This document shows positions 15,272 to 25,376 of a DNA stretch of 64,000 bases, piece by piece (position 1 is the stretch's first letter; each line of letters opens with the position of its first letter). This DNA comes from an uncultured Pelagibacteraceae bacterium. GTDB lineage: Bacteria; Pseudomonadota; Alphaproteobacteria; Pelagibacterales; Pelagibacteraceae. The DNA is taken from positions 72,636 to 136,635 of the forward strand of contig CACLZS010000001.1 in NCBI GenBank assembly GCA_902611465.1. Reading direction: 5' to 3'. Under the pieces are notes generated by a model, which searched no databases, was not told the DNA's origin, and saw only the letters and a list, made by a program, of their open reading frames with translations. Both the position numbers and the translations under genes were made by a program.

Positions 15272-16245
15272 TAAATTTGAATATTGATCATTGACTCTGG
15301 CAGTTCTTCCCCAAAACATCTTTGATAATATTCAGCAATAGTATTCTTTTCAGCATCATCACATTTGTTTAAAAAAGTTACTCTAAATGCATATCCAATA
15401 TCTTTGAAAATTTCTGAATTTTCCGCCCAATGTAAAACTGTTCTAGGACTCATTACTGTCGATATATCACCTGCCATAAAACCTTTCCTCGTAAGTGAGG
15501 CTACTTTTATCATATTTGAAACTTGCTCTTTACCTTTGGGATTATTTAAATTTTTATTCTTACCTAATATAATTTCCATTTCTTTATCTAAACTAAGATA
15601 GTTTAAAGTAGATACAATATTCCATCTATCCATTTGTCCCTGATTAATTTGTTGTGTCCCATGATATAATCCGGTTGTATCACCTAGCCCAACAGTATTT
15701 GTTGTTGCAAAAAGTCTAAAAAATTTATTTTGTTTAATTACTTTATTTTTGTCTAATAGAGTAAAACTACCTTCTGACTCAAGTACTCTCTGAATAACGA
15801 ACATTACATCTGGTCTTCCAGCGTCATATTCATCAAAAACTAAGGCCACAGGATTTTGAATTGACCAAGGTAATATTCCCTCTTTAAATTCAGTTACCTG
15901 TTTACCATCTTTGATTACGATTGAATCTTTTCCTATTAAGTCAATCCTACTAACATGACTATCGAGATTAATTCTTATACAAGGCCAGTTTAGCCTAGCA
16001 GCAATTTGTTCGATGTGAGTCGACTTACCAGTTCCATGGTATCCTTGGATTAAGACTCTTTTATTAAAAGAAAATCCTGACAAAATAGCTAATGTAGTAT
16101 CTTTATCAAACTTATAAGTTTTATCGATCTCCGGGACATACTCACTTGATTTTGAAAATGCATCAACTTCCATATCACTTTCAATACCAAAAGTTTGTTT
16201 TATAGATAATTTAATGTCAGGGGTATGGTTAATATTTGGTGTCAA
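15271..16245 (-). CDS. cobS: CobS-family MoxR AAA+ ATPase
   Basis: GYHGTGKS Walker [12 protein letters not shown] Walker [16 protein letters not shown]. Confidence 0.93.
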   Translation of the reverse strand: MTPNINHTPDIKLSIKQTFGIESDMEVDAFSKSSEYVPEIDKTYKFDKDTTLAILSGFSFNKRVLIQGYHGTGKSTHIEQIAARLNWPCIRINLDSHVSRIDLIGKDSIVIKDGKQVTEFKEGILPWSIQNPVALVFDEYDAGRPDVMFVIQRVLESEGSFTLLDKNKVIKQNKFFRLFATTNTVGLGDTTGLYHGTQQINQGQMDRWNIVSTLNYLSLDKEMEIILGKNKNLNNPKGKEQVSNMIKVASLTRKGFMAGDISTVMSPRTVLHWAENSEIFKDIGYAFRVTFLNKCDDAEKNTIAEYYQRCFGEELPESMINIQI

Positions 16246-16762
16246 TTTTATCCTTATATGTATTTTTTAATTGAGTGTAAGCTAAAGTTATTACTTTAAG
16301 CTTGTCTTCAAATTTTTTATTTCCAGAATTCATATCAGGGTGAAATTTTTTGACAAGCTTTTTAAATTTTTCTTGTACTTTTTCCCATTTTAATCCAACA
16401 CTGATACCTAATATATTAAAGGCTTTTAAATCATTATTATTAAATTTAAACTTATTCATATTATTAAAATCATTATTAAATTTAAATTTATCCATCTCAT
16501 CTTTTAAAGCATTGCTCCAAAGAACTTTAAAAAAATTATCAGATGAACTAAAACTTTGTGTTGGTTTGTGCCAAGTCATGTCAGACCTTAAAAAATCAAC
16601 TATTTGTTGATCACTCATACCTGTAAAATAATTCCAACTTTTATTAAATTCTTTAACATGGTTTAAACATAGTAATCTATAATCTTTGCTATTGTCTCTT
16701 TCTTTAGGTGCTTTAAAAAGACCTTCCTCTGAGCAATTATTCCAATCACAAATATTTTTCAT
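16229..16762 (-). CDS. J-domain protein (C-terminal J domain)
   Basis: N-terminal C-x4-C...CLNHVKEFNKSWNYF and C-terminal HPD motif; usual neighbour of cobS in alphaproteobacteria. Confidence 0.88.
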   Translation of the reverse strand: MKNICDWNNCSEEGLFKAPKERDNSKDYRLLCLNHVKEFNKSWNYFTGMSDQQIVDFLRSDMTWHKPTQSFSSSDNFFKVLWSNALKDEMDKFKFNNDFNNMNKFKFNNNDLKAFNILGISVGLKWEKVQEKFKKLVKKFHPDMNSGNKKFEDKLKVITLAYTQLKNTYKDKIDTKY

Positions 16763-16782
16763 GATGTATAATACTTTATAAA

Positions 16783-17043
16783 ATGAATATTAATCAACTA
16801 ATGGAAACTGTAGAAAAAAAAATTTTGTCGCAGGATTGTATTTCAAAAGTTTATATAGAGGATAAGTCATTTTTGCACAAAAATCATAAATCTAATGAAA
16901 ATGGAAAATTTCACATTGTTCTTTCGATTGAGTCTGATGAGTTAAAGAATAAAAGTAAGCTATACTCAACAAGGTTTATCTATAAAATTTTAGATAATGA
17001 ATTAAAAAATTATATTCATTCATTGCAGATCAAATTAATTTAA
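16783..17043 (+). CDS. bolA: BolA-family protein
   Basis: EDKSFLHKNH, FHIVLSI, IHSLQI pattern; divergent from the J-domain gene. Confidence 0.8.
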   Translation: MNINQLMETVEKKILSQDCISKVYIEDKSFLHKNHKSNENGKFHIVLSIESDELKNKSKLYSTRFIYKILDNELKNYIHSLQIKLI

Positions 17044-18138
17044 ACTGTTAGAAATATATTTTTTTAAATTTGAAGGACTGATCTGAAAGTCAACTATTAT
17101 CTTTCCAAAATCTTTTATTAAAATTAGGTTAATGTTGTTTGAATTATTTTTCTTATCGCTCCTCATATAGTTCATAATTTTAGATACATGTTTTTTTTTA
17201 AACAATTTTTCAATTTTTGGTTTCATCTCAATTTTATTAATATGATTTATAATAATATTAAATTTTTGTTTTGATAAAAATCTTCTTTTAAAACTAAATT
17301 CTACCGCATTTTTAATACCTAAAATTACAGCTTCTCCATGATTTAATTTTTTAGAAAAGCCCAAAGCAGACTCATAAGAATGAGCAAAGGTATGACCTAA
17401 ATTTAATACTTTTCTATAGTTCTTCTCGTTCTCATCTTTTTCCACAACTCTTTTTTTTAAATTACAGCTTTTAATTATTGCTCTTTCAATAAAAGGTGAT
17501 TTTAATTTTAAAATTTTATTTAAATTTTTATCTAAATAGAGAAAATTATTTAAATTATCTATAATACTACTTTTTAATATTTCAGCATATCCACAAATAA
17601 TTTCTCTTTCTGGTAAAGATGCTAAAATATTCATGTCAGAAACAACTAAATTAGGCTGATAAAAACTTCCAATCAAATTTTTTCCAAATTTATTATTTAC
17701 ACCTGTTTTGCCTCCTATGGATGAGTCTACTTGAGATAGTAAAGTTGTGGGAATATTTATGAATTTCATGCCTCTTTTAAATGTACTAGATGCGAAACCA
17801 ACTATATCTCCAATAATTCCTCCACCAAAAGAAACAACACAGTCTTCTCTATTAAACCTATTTTCAAATAAAACTGTATGAATTTTTTCAATTGTTCGGT
17901 AATTTTTGTTTTTTTCTGATGCTGTTAATTCTATTTTAAAAAGTTTATTTATTTTTAACTTTTTGTATAAAATTCTTTTAAACTTTTGAGGAATATTTTT
18001 GTCTGTAACAATTAAACATTTATCAAATTTTAAATGATTAGCTTTTAAAATTTTATCAATTTTACCTATTAAATCTCTTCCAATTACAATTGGGTAGTTC
18101 TTAGTGCTTGTTTTAATTGAAATTTTATTTGTATTCAT
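17035..18138 (-). CDS. aroB: 3-dehydroquinate synthase
   Basis: GGGIIGD, PTTLLSQVDSSIGGKTG, LNLGHTFAH, HGEAV. Confidence 0.97.
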   Translation of the reverse strand: MNTNKISIKTSTKNYPIVIGRDLIGKIDKILKANHLKFDKCLIVTDKNIPQKFKRILYKKLKINKLFKIELTASEKNKNYRTIEKIHTVLFENRFNREDCVVSFGGGIIGDIVGFASSTFKRGMKFINIPTTLLSQVDSSIGGKTGVNNKFGKNLIGSFYQPNLVVSDMNILASLPEREIICGYAEILKSSIIDNLNNFLYLDKNLNKILKLKSPFIERAIIKSCNLKKRVVEKDENEKNYRKVLNLGHTFAHSYESALGFSKKLNHGEAVILGIKNAVEFSFKRRFLSKQKFNIIINHINKIEMKPKIEKLFKKKHVSKIMNYMRSDKKNNSNNINLILIKDFGKIIVDFQISPSNLKKYISNSLN

Positions 18139-18637
18139 AAATATTTAATATCTTATTTATAATTTCAACTTTGTCTAATTTATCACAATTAATCCTGTAA
18201 TTCGACATGCTATAAAATTTTGATCTTTCTTTTATTAAATTATTAATTTGACTCCTGGTAAGATTTATTGCCAATGGTCTTTTCTTGCTCTTATATATCC
18301 TTTTTATTATTGTTTCATTTTTCCAATCTAGCCAAAAAGATAAACAATTTTTCTTACACATTTTTCTGATTGAGGCATTTATAAAACCTCCTCCACCTAA
18401 AGATATTACAGAATTTTCTGAACTAAGAAATTTTAAAGATATTTTTTCTTCAATTTTACGAAAATATTTCTCTCCATATTTAGTAAAAATTTCTGATATT
18501 TTAGAATCTTCAGTTTCTTCAATTTTTTGATCAATATCAATAAATGTTAAGTTTAATTTTTTTGACAAAATTTTGCCAATTGATGATTTTCCAGATCCCA
18601 TCATTCCAATTAATACAATATTTTTATTTGATTTCAT
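18125..18637 (-). CDS. aroK: shikimate kinase
   Basis: GMMGSGKS, GEKYFR, SLGGG, RPL. Confidence 0.96.
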   Translation of the reverse strand: MKSNKNIVLIGMMGSGKSSIGKILSKKLNLTFIDIDQKIEETEDSKISEIFTKYGEKYFRKIEEKISLKFLSSENSVISLGGGGFINASIRKMCKKNCLSFWLDWKNETIIKRIYKSKKRPLAINLTRSQINNLIKERSKFYSMSNYRINCDKLDKVEIINKILNIYEYK

Positions 18638-18692
18638 GAGTTTCTATATTGAAAAAACACAAATATGTCTTATTTTGAAATTAATAAATTAT

Positions 18693-18875
18693 ATGCAATT
18701 TACAAAAAATACAAGTAAAGACAAAATTTTTAGCTTAGGGACAATTTTAAAAATTATAATTGCAATTTTCATAATTGTATTTGGCATTATTATGATTAAC
18801 CAGATTAATTTGCCCGCTCCAGACAAACAAATTGAAAAAATTCTACCAAATGAAAATTTCAAAACAATTAAGTAA
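18693..18875 (+). CDS. small single-pass membrane protein
   Basis: 60 aa from ATG 18693 with one hydrophobic helix then PAP...IEK; overlaps the next gene; the ORF-track start at 18573 lies inside aroK. Confidence 0.65.
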   Translation: MQFTKNTSKDKIFSLGTILKIIIAIFIIVFGIIMINQINLPAPDKQIEKILPNENFKTIK

Positions 18876-20586
18876 GATTTTAATTTCTGCTTCTTTTTTT
18901 TTGATTGTTCTATCAGCTCAGGCTCAGGAAGTTAAAGAGATTTGGTCAGAAATAGAAAAAAAAGAGATTAAAAATACTGAATCAAAAAATAATGTAGGTA
19001 CATCTATTAACACAGGTCAGCTTGAAGGTGTTAAATTAAAACTTTCTGATGAGAATATTGTAGTAGATCAAAATTTAGATAATTCTAATATTTTATTAGC
19101 TGGATTATTTGACCCTGATGACAATGATCTAAACCTAGATATGTGGTCAAAGACTGATGGAATAAAAATTAAAAAGTTACTGGAAAAAATACAGTCTAAA
19201 AATTTATCAAGTTTCTCTGAAAGGTTAATGGATGTAGCATTGTTAACAAACTCTTATGTTCCAAATCAAAATTTTTCATTAAATGAATTCGAAAATTTTA
19301 CACTTGACCATCTAATTAAAAAAAAAGATTTTGATTTAGTTGAAGAATTTATTCAAAAAAATTCATCAATAAAAGATAAAGAAAGACTCATAAAACATGT
19401 AGCTGATTATTATTTGTCGTTAAACAAAATAGAAAATTCATGTTCTGCTATTGATAGTTTAAGTTTAATAACTGATGAATACTTAACATATTTCAAAATT
19501 TATTGTTTAATAACTCAGAATAAAAAAGATGAGGCTCAGTTGTTGTTTGATCTTAACTCTGAGCTAGATTCTTTGAATGACTTTTTTGTTAAAAAGTTTG
19601 AAGTATTGATGGGATATGAGGATAATAACTTTATATTGTCTGATGAAAATGTTCTTTATTTTCACCTATCTCACAAAACAGATAAGAATTTTTTATACTA
19701 TCCATCCGTAGATTCTGATGAATTTATTTGGAAATATTTGTCTAACTCGAATTTGCTTAAAAATTTAAATGATTTTAATCTCAGTGATATTGATCAGGTT
19801 AAGTTTTTAGAGAAAGCAACTAGTGAAGGTATTTTTGATGAAAGCGATCTGTTGAACTTGTACAAAAAATTCCAATATGAAATTGATGATCTTATTAATT
19901 ACGAAGACGCATTAAAAAACTTACCAGATTATAAAGGAAGGGCTTTAATGTATCAGAGGTTTTTATTAACAGATAATCTAGAAAATAAACTCTCATTATT
20001 GTCAAAATTGAATAATTCCTTCGAAAACTCAAATTATAAAAAATCATTTGACGATCAACTATCTAAGTTATTAAAAAAAATGGACAAAAAAGAAATTCCC
20101 CCAAAGTTTTCTGACTTCTATCAAACCAATCTAATTACTGAGGAAAATAGAAAAAATAAAATTAAGTTTAATAATGAAGTTTTTCATCAATCAAAAGTAT
20201 TAAATTATTTTTTGAACAAGCAAAGCTTACCTAAAACACAAAAATTAACTGACAATTTGTTATCAAAGATGAAAAAAGATAAAAATTACTCTTTTAACTT
20301 TAAAGATGTTGTATTACTACAATCATTGAGATCAGATGGAATTCAAATAGATCAAATTGATGAACTTTCTCAATACAAATCTGAATTAAATTCAGAAATT
20401 GACAAAATGATTGAGAATAAGGAATCTGGCATGATACTATTAAAATTAGTTGAGATTATTGGTGAAAAAGAATTGAATGAATTAAACAGTGAGTCACTAA
20501 ATTTTGTAATTGAAATTATGAATAGAACAAAATTAATTAGCTTGAGAAACGAACTATTGTTGGAAATTCTTCCATTAAAAGTTTAA
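18850..20586 (+). CDS. exported hypothetical protein (about 578 aa, helical)
   Basis: Signal-peptide-like MKISKQLSKILISASFFLIVLSAQA; long open frame; no catalytic motif recognised. Confidence 0.75.
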   Translation: MKISKQLSKILISASFFLIVLSAQAQEVKEIWSEIEKKEIKNTESKNNVGTSINTGQLEGVKLKLSDENIVVDQNLDNSNILLAGLFDPDDNDLNLDMWSKTDGIKIKKLLEKIQSKNLSSFSERLMDVALLTNSYVPNQNFSLNEFENFTLDHLIKKKDFDLVEEFIQKNSSIKDKERLIKHVADYYLSLNKIENSCSAIDSLSLITDEYLTYFKIYCLITQNKKDEAQLLFDLNSELDSLNDFFVKKFEVLMGYEDNNFILSDENVLYFHLSHKTDKNFLYYPSVDSDEFIWKYLSNSNLLKNLNDFNLSDIDQVKFLEKATSEGIFDESDLLNLYKKFQYEIDDLINYEDALKNLPDYKGRALMYQRFLLTDNLENKLSLLSKLNNSFENSNYKKSFDDQLSKLLKKMDKKEIPPKFSDFYQTNLITEENRKNKIKFNNEVFHQSKVLNYFLNKQSLPKTQKLTDNLLSKMKKDKNYSFNFKDVVLLQSLRSDGIQIDQIDELSQYKSELNSEIDKMIENKESGMILLKLVEIIGEKELNELNSESLNFVIEIMNRTKLISLRNELLLEILPLKV

Positions 20587-20601
20587 AATACTTCATCAAT
20601 C

Positions 20602-21123
20602 ATGACAATAAAAACCATTATAACTGAACCTAATGAGATTTTAAGACAAGTCTCAAAACCAGTACAATCAGTGGGTAATGAAGAAAGAAAGTTAATGGAT
20701 GACATGTTGGAAACAATGTATGCAGCTAATGGTATTGGATTAGCAGCAATTCAAATTGGTATTCCTAAAAGGATTATAGTAATGGATATTTCAAAAGGTG
20801 GAGAGAAAAATCCAATGTATTTTGTAAATCCAACAATTAAAAACAAAGATAAAGAAAAAACAACATATGAAGAGGGATGTTTATCCGTCCCAGATTATTT
20901 CGCGGAAGTTGATAGACCTAAATATTGTGAGGTTGAATATTTAGATTATAATGGAGAAAATAAAATTTTAGAAGCTGATGGGCTCCTTGCAACTTGTATA
21001 CAGCACGAAATGGATCATCTTGAAGGAATTTTATTTATAGACTACTTATCAAAATTGAAAAAAACAATGATTGTTAAAAAATTATCAAAAAGAAAAAATC
21101 CTCCTGATAGAATTATTGTTTAA
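20602..21123 (+). CDS. def: peptide deformylase
   Basis: GIGLAAIQ, EGCLS, QHEMDH. Confidence 0.98.
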   Translation: MTIKTIITEPNEILRQVSKPVQSVGNEERKLMDDMLETMYAANGIGLAAIQIGIPKRIIVMDISKGGEKNPMYFVNPTIKNKDKEKTTYEEGCLSVPDYFAEVDRPKYCEVEYLDYNGENKILEADGLLATCIQHEMDHLEGILFIDYLSKLKKTMIVKKLSKRKNPPDRIIV

Positions 21124-22043
21124 TGAGCAAAAAAATTGCTTTCATGGGTACCCCCACCATTTCTGGGCAAATACTTAAATCATTATATCAAAATGGTTTT
21201 GATATTGAGGTTGTTTATACTCAACCACCTGTAGCATCAAATAGAGGACATAGATTAAATAAGTCACCCGTTCATATAATGGCTGAAATATTAAATATTC
21301 CTATTAGAACTCCAATAGTATTAGATGACCTTGAAGAAAAAAAATTCCTTGAAAAACAAAATATAAGTTTGGGTATTGTTGTTGCTTATGGGCAGATTCT
21401 TAAAAAAGATATTTTAGCAATACCAAAATATGGATGGATAAATATTCATTATTCACTTTTACCAAAATTAAGAGGTGCAGCTCCCATTCAAAGGGCAATT
21501 ATGAATAATGAAAGATCAACAGGTATTTCTATTATGAAAATTGATGAAGGTTTAGACTCTGGTCCCGTCTGTAATCAATATTCATTAAATATTTTAGAAA
21601 ATGAAAATAGTGAGGATTTATCTCAAAGATTAAGTAATTTAGCATCTGAAAAAATACTACAAAATATTGATGATATATTTGATAACAAAGTGCATTTTAA
21701 ACAACAAGATCATAGTAAATCTACATATGCAAAAAAAATTAAAAAAGAAGAAGGAAAAATAAATTGGGAGGACAGTAATTTAAAAATAATTGGAAAAATT
21801 AATGGTTTATATCCTAATCCAGGAGGTTGGTTTGAATTTAAAGGTGAAAGATATAAGATACTAAAAGCAGAAAAATCAATTTTAAGTGGAAAATCAGGGT
21901 ATGTCTTATCAGATAATTTTGAAATTGGTTGTGGTGAAAATTCAATAAAGATCATTGAGATACAAAGACAAGGTAAAAAAGTTCAAAAAACTAAGGAATT
22001 TCTGCGTGGTAGCCAAATTACCAAAGGCACTGATTTGAATTAA
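21123..22043 (+). CDS. fmt: methionyl-tRNA formyltransferase
   Basis: FMGTP, VVAYG, NIHYSLLPKLRGAAPIQ. Confidence 0.97.
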   Translation: MSKKIAFMGTPTISGQILKSLYQNGFDIEVVYTQPPVASNRGHRLNKSPVHIMAEILNIPIRTPIVLDDLEEKKFLEKQNISLGIVVAYGQILKKDILAIPKYGWINIHYSLLPKLRGAAPIQRAIMNNERSTGISIMKIDEGLDSGPVCNQYSLNILENENSEDLSQRLSNLASEKILQNIDDIFDNKVHFKQQDHSKSTYAKKIKKEEGKINWEDSNLKIIGKINGLYPNPGGWFEFKGERYKILKAEKSILSGKSGYVLSDNFEIGCGENSIKIIEIQRQGKKVQKTKEFLRGSQITKGTDLN

Positions 22044-22045
22044 AC

Positions 22046-22786
22046 ATGTTCAGATATCAAATTCTAGTAGAATATGTTGGATCTTCTTTCATAGGTTGGC
22101 AGGTACAAACAAAAGGCAAAACTATACAAGGATTAATCCAAAAAAAAATTTCATATCTTTTAAATGAAAAAATTACACTTATTGGTTCGGGAAGAACAGA
22201 TACTGGTGTTCATGCAATTGAGCAATCTGCACATTTTGATGTCACTGAAAAAATCCAAAATTTAAACAAATTTTTAAAATCAATTAATTATTTTTTAAAT
22301 AAATACGAAATAGCCATTTTAAAAATAAAAAGAAAAAATATGAAATTCCATGCACGTTTTTCTGCGAAAGAGAGAATTTATAAATATATTATTTTTAATC
22401 AATTGAGTAAACCTATCCTTGAAAATAAGCGAGGATGGTTTGTTATTAAAAAGCTTGAATTAGAAATAATGAAAAAAGCAGCAAAAAAGTTAGTTGGAAC
22501 TCATGATTTTTCAACTTTTAGAGCATCTGGATGTAATTCAAAGAGCCCAATGAGATCAATTAAATCAGTTAAAATAAAAAAGATAAAAAATAAAATTGAG
22601 TTAGAGTTTAGATCTAAATCATTTTTAAAACAACAAGTTAGATCAATGGTTGGTTGTTTAAAATATATTGGTGAAAAAAAGTGGACATTAAAAAAATTTA
22701 CAAGTGTTATTAAATTAAAAAGTAGAAATTTATGCGCACCACCAGCACCAGCAGAAGGATTATTTTTGAAAAAAGTTTTATACTAA
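22046..22786 (+). CDS. truA: tRNA pseudouridine(38-40) synthase
   Basis: GWQ, GRTDTGVHA, FHARF, GTHDFSTF. Confidence 0.97.
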   Translation: MFRYQILVEYVGSSFIGWQVQTKGKTIQGLIQKKISYLLNEKITLIGSGRTDTGVHAIEQSAHFDVTEKIQNLNKFLKSINYFLNKYEIAILKIKRKNMKFHARFSAKERIYKYIIFNQLSKPILENKRGWFVIKKLELEIMKKAAKKLVGTHDFSTFRASGCNSKSPMRSIKSVKIKKIKNKIELEFRSKSFLKQQVRSMVGCLKYIGEKKWTLKKFTSVIKLKSRNLCAPPAPAEGLFLKKVLY

Positions 22787-23256
22787 TTTTTCCTATTACC
22801 CATTGAGAATTTTTTATTAATTCTCCATCTTGACTCTGCTCTTACAATATAGCCACAACAATTTTTTGACTTACATTTACAAGGAAATTGTTTGTAATCT
22901 TTATCATAACCAAACCCATAATCACAAGTTAACTCCTCACCTTTTTTAATATCTTTTATAGCCTTAACCCAAATTTTAAGGCCCTTACCATCGTAGTCAC
23001 AGTTATTCTCACATGAGTGGTTTATTAGACCAGCTGTATTCCATGGGAAATCTCCATCGAGATCATATCTTTTATTTACTGTAAATAAGTATATTGGTTT
23101 ACTATTGTCGTATTTATCAGAATTCTCAGTTTGCTTTTTGGTAATTAATTTTCCAATGTAATCTATTATTTTTTCACCTTCTTTTATATCTCTTGTGGCG
23201 TAAAGTCCTTTACCTTTTTTATCAATATCAGACTTTTTAATCCTATATAATTTCAT
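22783..23256 (-). CDS. SET-domain protein-lysine methyltransferase-like protein with post-SET cysteines
   Basis: GKGLYA, INHSC, ELTCDY and CKCKSKNC post-SET motif. Confidence 0.92.
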   Translation of the reverse strand: MKLYRIKKSDIDKKGKGLYATRDIKEGEKIIDYIGKLITKKQTENSDKYDNSKPIYLFTVNKRYDLDGDFPWNTAGLINHSCENNCDYDGKGLKIWVKAIKDIKKGEELTCDYGFGYDKDYKQFPCKCKSKNCCGYIVRAESRWRINKKFSMGNRKN

Positions 23257-23287
23257 ATCTTTGTGTTTATTGATTAAAAAAATATTA

Positions 23288-24217
23288 TCAATTAAATTCT
23301 ATCAACGCATCAACATGCCTTTGAGTACTATTTTGTAAGGCTTTAAGATCATAACCACCTTCAAGAATTGAAACAACTTTACCATTACAAAAAGATTTAG
23401 AATATTCTAAAGTCCTTTTGGTAATTTTATAAAAATCCTCTGTACTTAATCTCATTTGTGCTAACGGATCGTCAATATGTGCATCAAAACCCGCAGAAAA
23501 TAACAAAAATTCAGGTTTAAACTGCTTTATTTTAGTTAAAACATTTTCATAAGCATTTAAATATACTTCAGATGTTGTTCCAGCTTCTAGTGGAATATTT
23601 AATACATTATTAAATTTTCCATTTTCCTTATTTGAACCTGAGCCGGGGTAATAAGGGTATTGGTGAGTAGAAACATATAATACCTTTTCATTATCATAAA
23701 AAATATCTTGAGTTCCATTACCATGGTGAACATCAAAATCAATTATTGCAATTTTTTTGTATTTATACTTTTCAATTAAGTAATTAGCACCAACGGCTAC
23801 ATTATTATAAATACAAAATCCCATAGCTTTTTCTTTTTCTGCATGATGACCCGGAGGTCTTACAGCACAAAAAGCATTCTTAAATTCTTTATTTTGTACT
23901 CCATCTATTGCTGTAATAATTGAACCTACTGCATCTTTAGTAGCATCTTTACTACCAGGGGAGATAATTGTGTCACCATCTAAAAATACTAATCCTTTTT
24001 TTGGAAAAGACTGTTTAACATGATTAATATAATCTATTGAATGTGTTTTATTTAAAAAAAATTCATCAAATTTATTTGGTTTTTTCCATATAAGATTTTT
24101 GTTATCTACTTTTTTAAAGTTATCAATTATTGCGGTAACCCTATCAATTTTTTCTGGATGACCATTCCCGGTATTATGATTTTTATAAGTATCTGAAGTG
24201 ATTAGACCAGTCTTCAC
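23288..24217 (-). CDS. Zn-dependent histone-deacetylase-family amidohydrolase
   Basis: HPE, RPPGHHA, GFCIYNN, DFDVHHGNGTQ, SAGFDAH, LEGGY. Confidence 0.95.
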   Translation of the reverse strand: MKTGLITSDTYKNHNTGNGHPEKIDRVTAIIDNFKKVDNKNLIWKKPNKFDEFFLNKTHSIDYINHVKQSFPKKGLVFLDGDTIISPGSKDATKDAVGSIITAIDGVQNKEFKNAFCAVRPPGHHAEKEKAMGFCIYNNVAVGANYLIEKYKYKKIAIIDFDVHHGNGTQDIFYDNEKVLYVSTHQYPYYPGSGSNKENGKFNNVLNIPLEAGTTSEVYLNAYENVLTKIKQFKPEFLLFSAGFDAHIDDPLAQMRLSTEDFYKITKRTLEYSKSFCNGKVVSILEGGYDLKALQNSTQRHVDALIEFN

Positions 24218-25371
24218 TTAAAATAATTTTTTAAAATTTTTGAATATATTAAACTCAATTTTTTTAAGTCAGTTAGTGAGACAGCCTCATCAACTTTATG
24301 CATAGTTTTTCCTACTAAGCCAAATTCTAAACAAGGAGCTATTTTCCTAATGAACCTTGCATCTGATGTTCCTCCAGTAGTTGAAAGTTTAGGTTTTATT
24401 TTAGTAACTTTTTTTATAACATTTTGTATCATAAATGTTGTACTATTAGGCTTTGTAAGGAAAGCTTCACCTGAAACACTGTAATCAATTTTATACTTAG
24501 ATTTAGTTTTATTATATACTTTTTTTAAAATTTTATTAATTTTTTTTTTAATGGAATTTGAAGTATGCATATTATTAAATCTAATATTAAATGAAGCACA
24601 TGCAAGACCTGGAATTACATTGTCTGCGGTATTATTTATATTAATTTTTGTAATTTCAAGATTTGTTGGTTGAAAATCCTTCGTCCCTTTGTCAAATCGT
24701 ATATCTTTTAGTTCTTTAAGTACTTTAACTAGAGCAGTCGAAGGGTTATTTGCTCTATGAGGATATGCTACATGCCCTTGAACCCCTGTAATTGTTAATC
24801 GACCGTTCATACTTCCTCTTCGACCAATTTTGATCATTTCACCTAATTTATTAGGATTAGTTGGTTCTCCAACCAAGCAAAAATCTATTTTCTCCCGTTT
24901 CTTTTTTAAATAGTCTACAACTTTCTTGGTTCCATTAATGGCAACACCTTCCTCATCTCCAGTGATTAAAAGACTTATCGATCCATTAAATCCTCTATTT
25001 TTTTCAAGAAAAACGCTTATAGCAGACACAAATGCAGCTATTGAGCTTTTCATATCATTTGCACCCCTTCCAATTAAATGTCCATTTTTAATTGATGGTT
25101 TAAATGGATTTACTGTCCAATCACTTAAATTTCCAGCAGGAACAACATCAAGATGTCCAGCATAACAAAAATTAGGACTTTTTTTCCCTAATCTTGCATA
25201 TAGATTTTTAACTGGAGCATTTCCTTTTTCTTTGAACTCTAGAATTTTAGTTTTAAAGCCAAGTTTTTTCAATTTTTTTTCCAAAAATTTCATTATTCCA
25301 GCATCTATAGGAGTTACAGTTGGAAATCTAATTAGCTCTTTAGCTAACTGAAGTTCATTTATAATTTTCAT
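24214..25371 (-). CDS. dapE: succinyl-diaminopimelate desuccinylase
   Basis: GHLDVVP, GRGANDMK, GDEEG, GEPT, GHVAYP, GGTSDARF. Confidence 0.96.
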   Translation of the reverse strand: MKIINELQLAKELIRFPTVTPIDAGIMKFLEKKLKKLGFKTKILEFKEKGNAPVKNLYARLGKKSPNFCYAGHLDVVPAGNLSDWTVNPFKPSIKNGHLIGRGANDMKSSIAAFVSAISVFLEKNRGFNGSISLLITGDEEGVAINGTKKVVDYLKKKREKIDFCLVGEPTNPNKLGEMIKIGRRGSMNGRLTITGVQGHVAYPHRANNPSTALVKVLKELKDIRFDKGTKDFQPTNLEITKININNTADNVIPGLACASFNIRFNNMHTSNSIKKKINKILKKVYNKTKSKYKIDYSVSGEAFLTKPNSTTFMIQNVIKKVTKIKPKLSTTGGTSDARFIRKIAPCLEFGLVGKTMHKVDEAVSLTDLKKLSLIYSKILKNYFK

Positions 25372-25376
25372 CGAAA

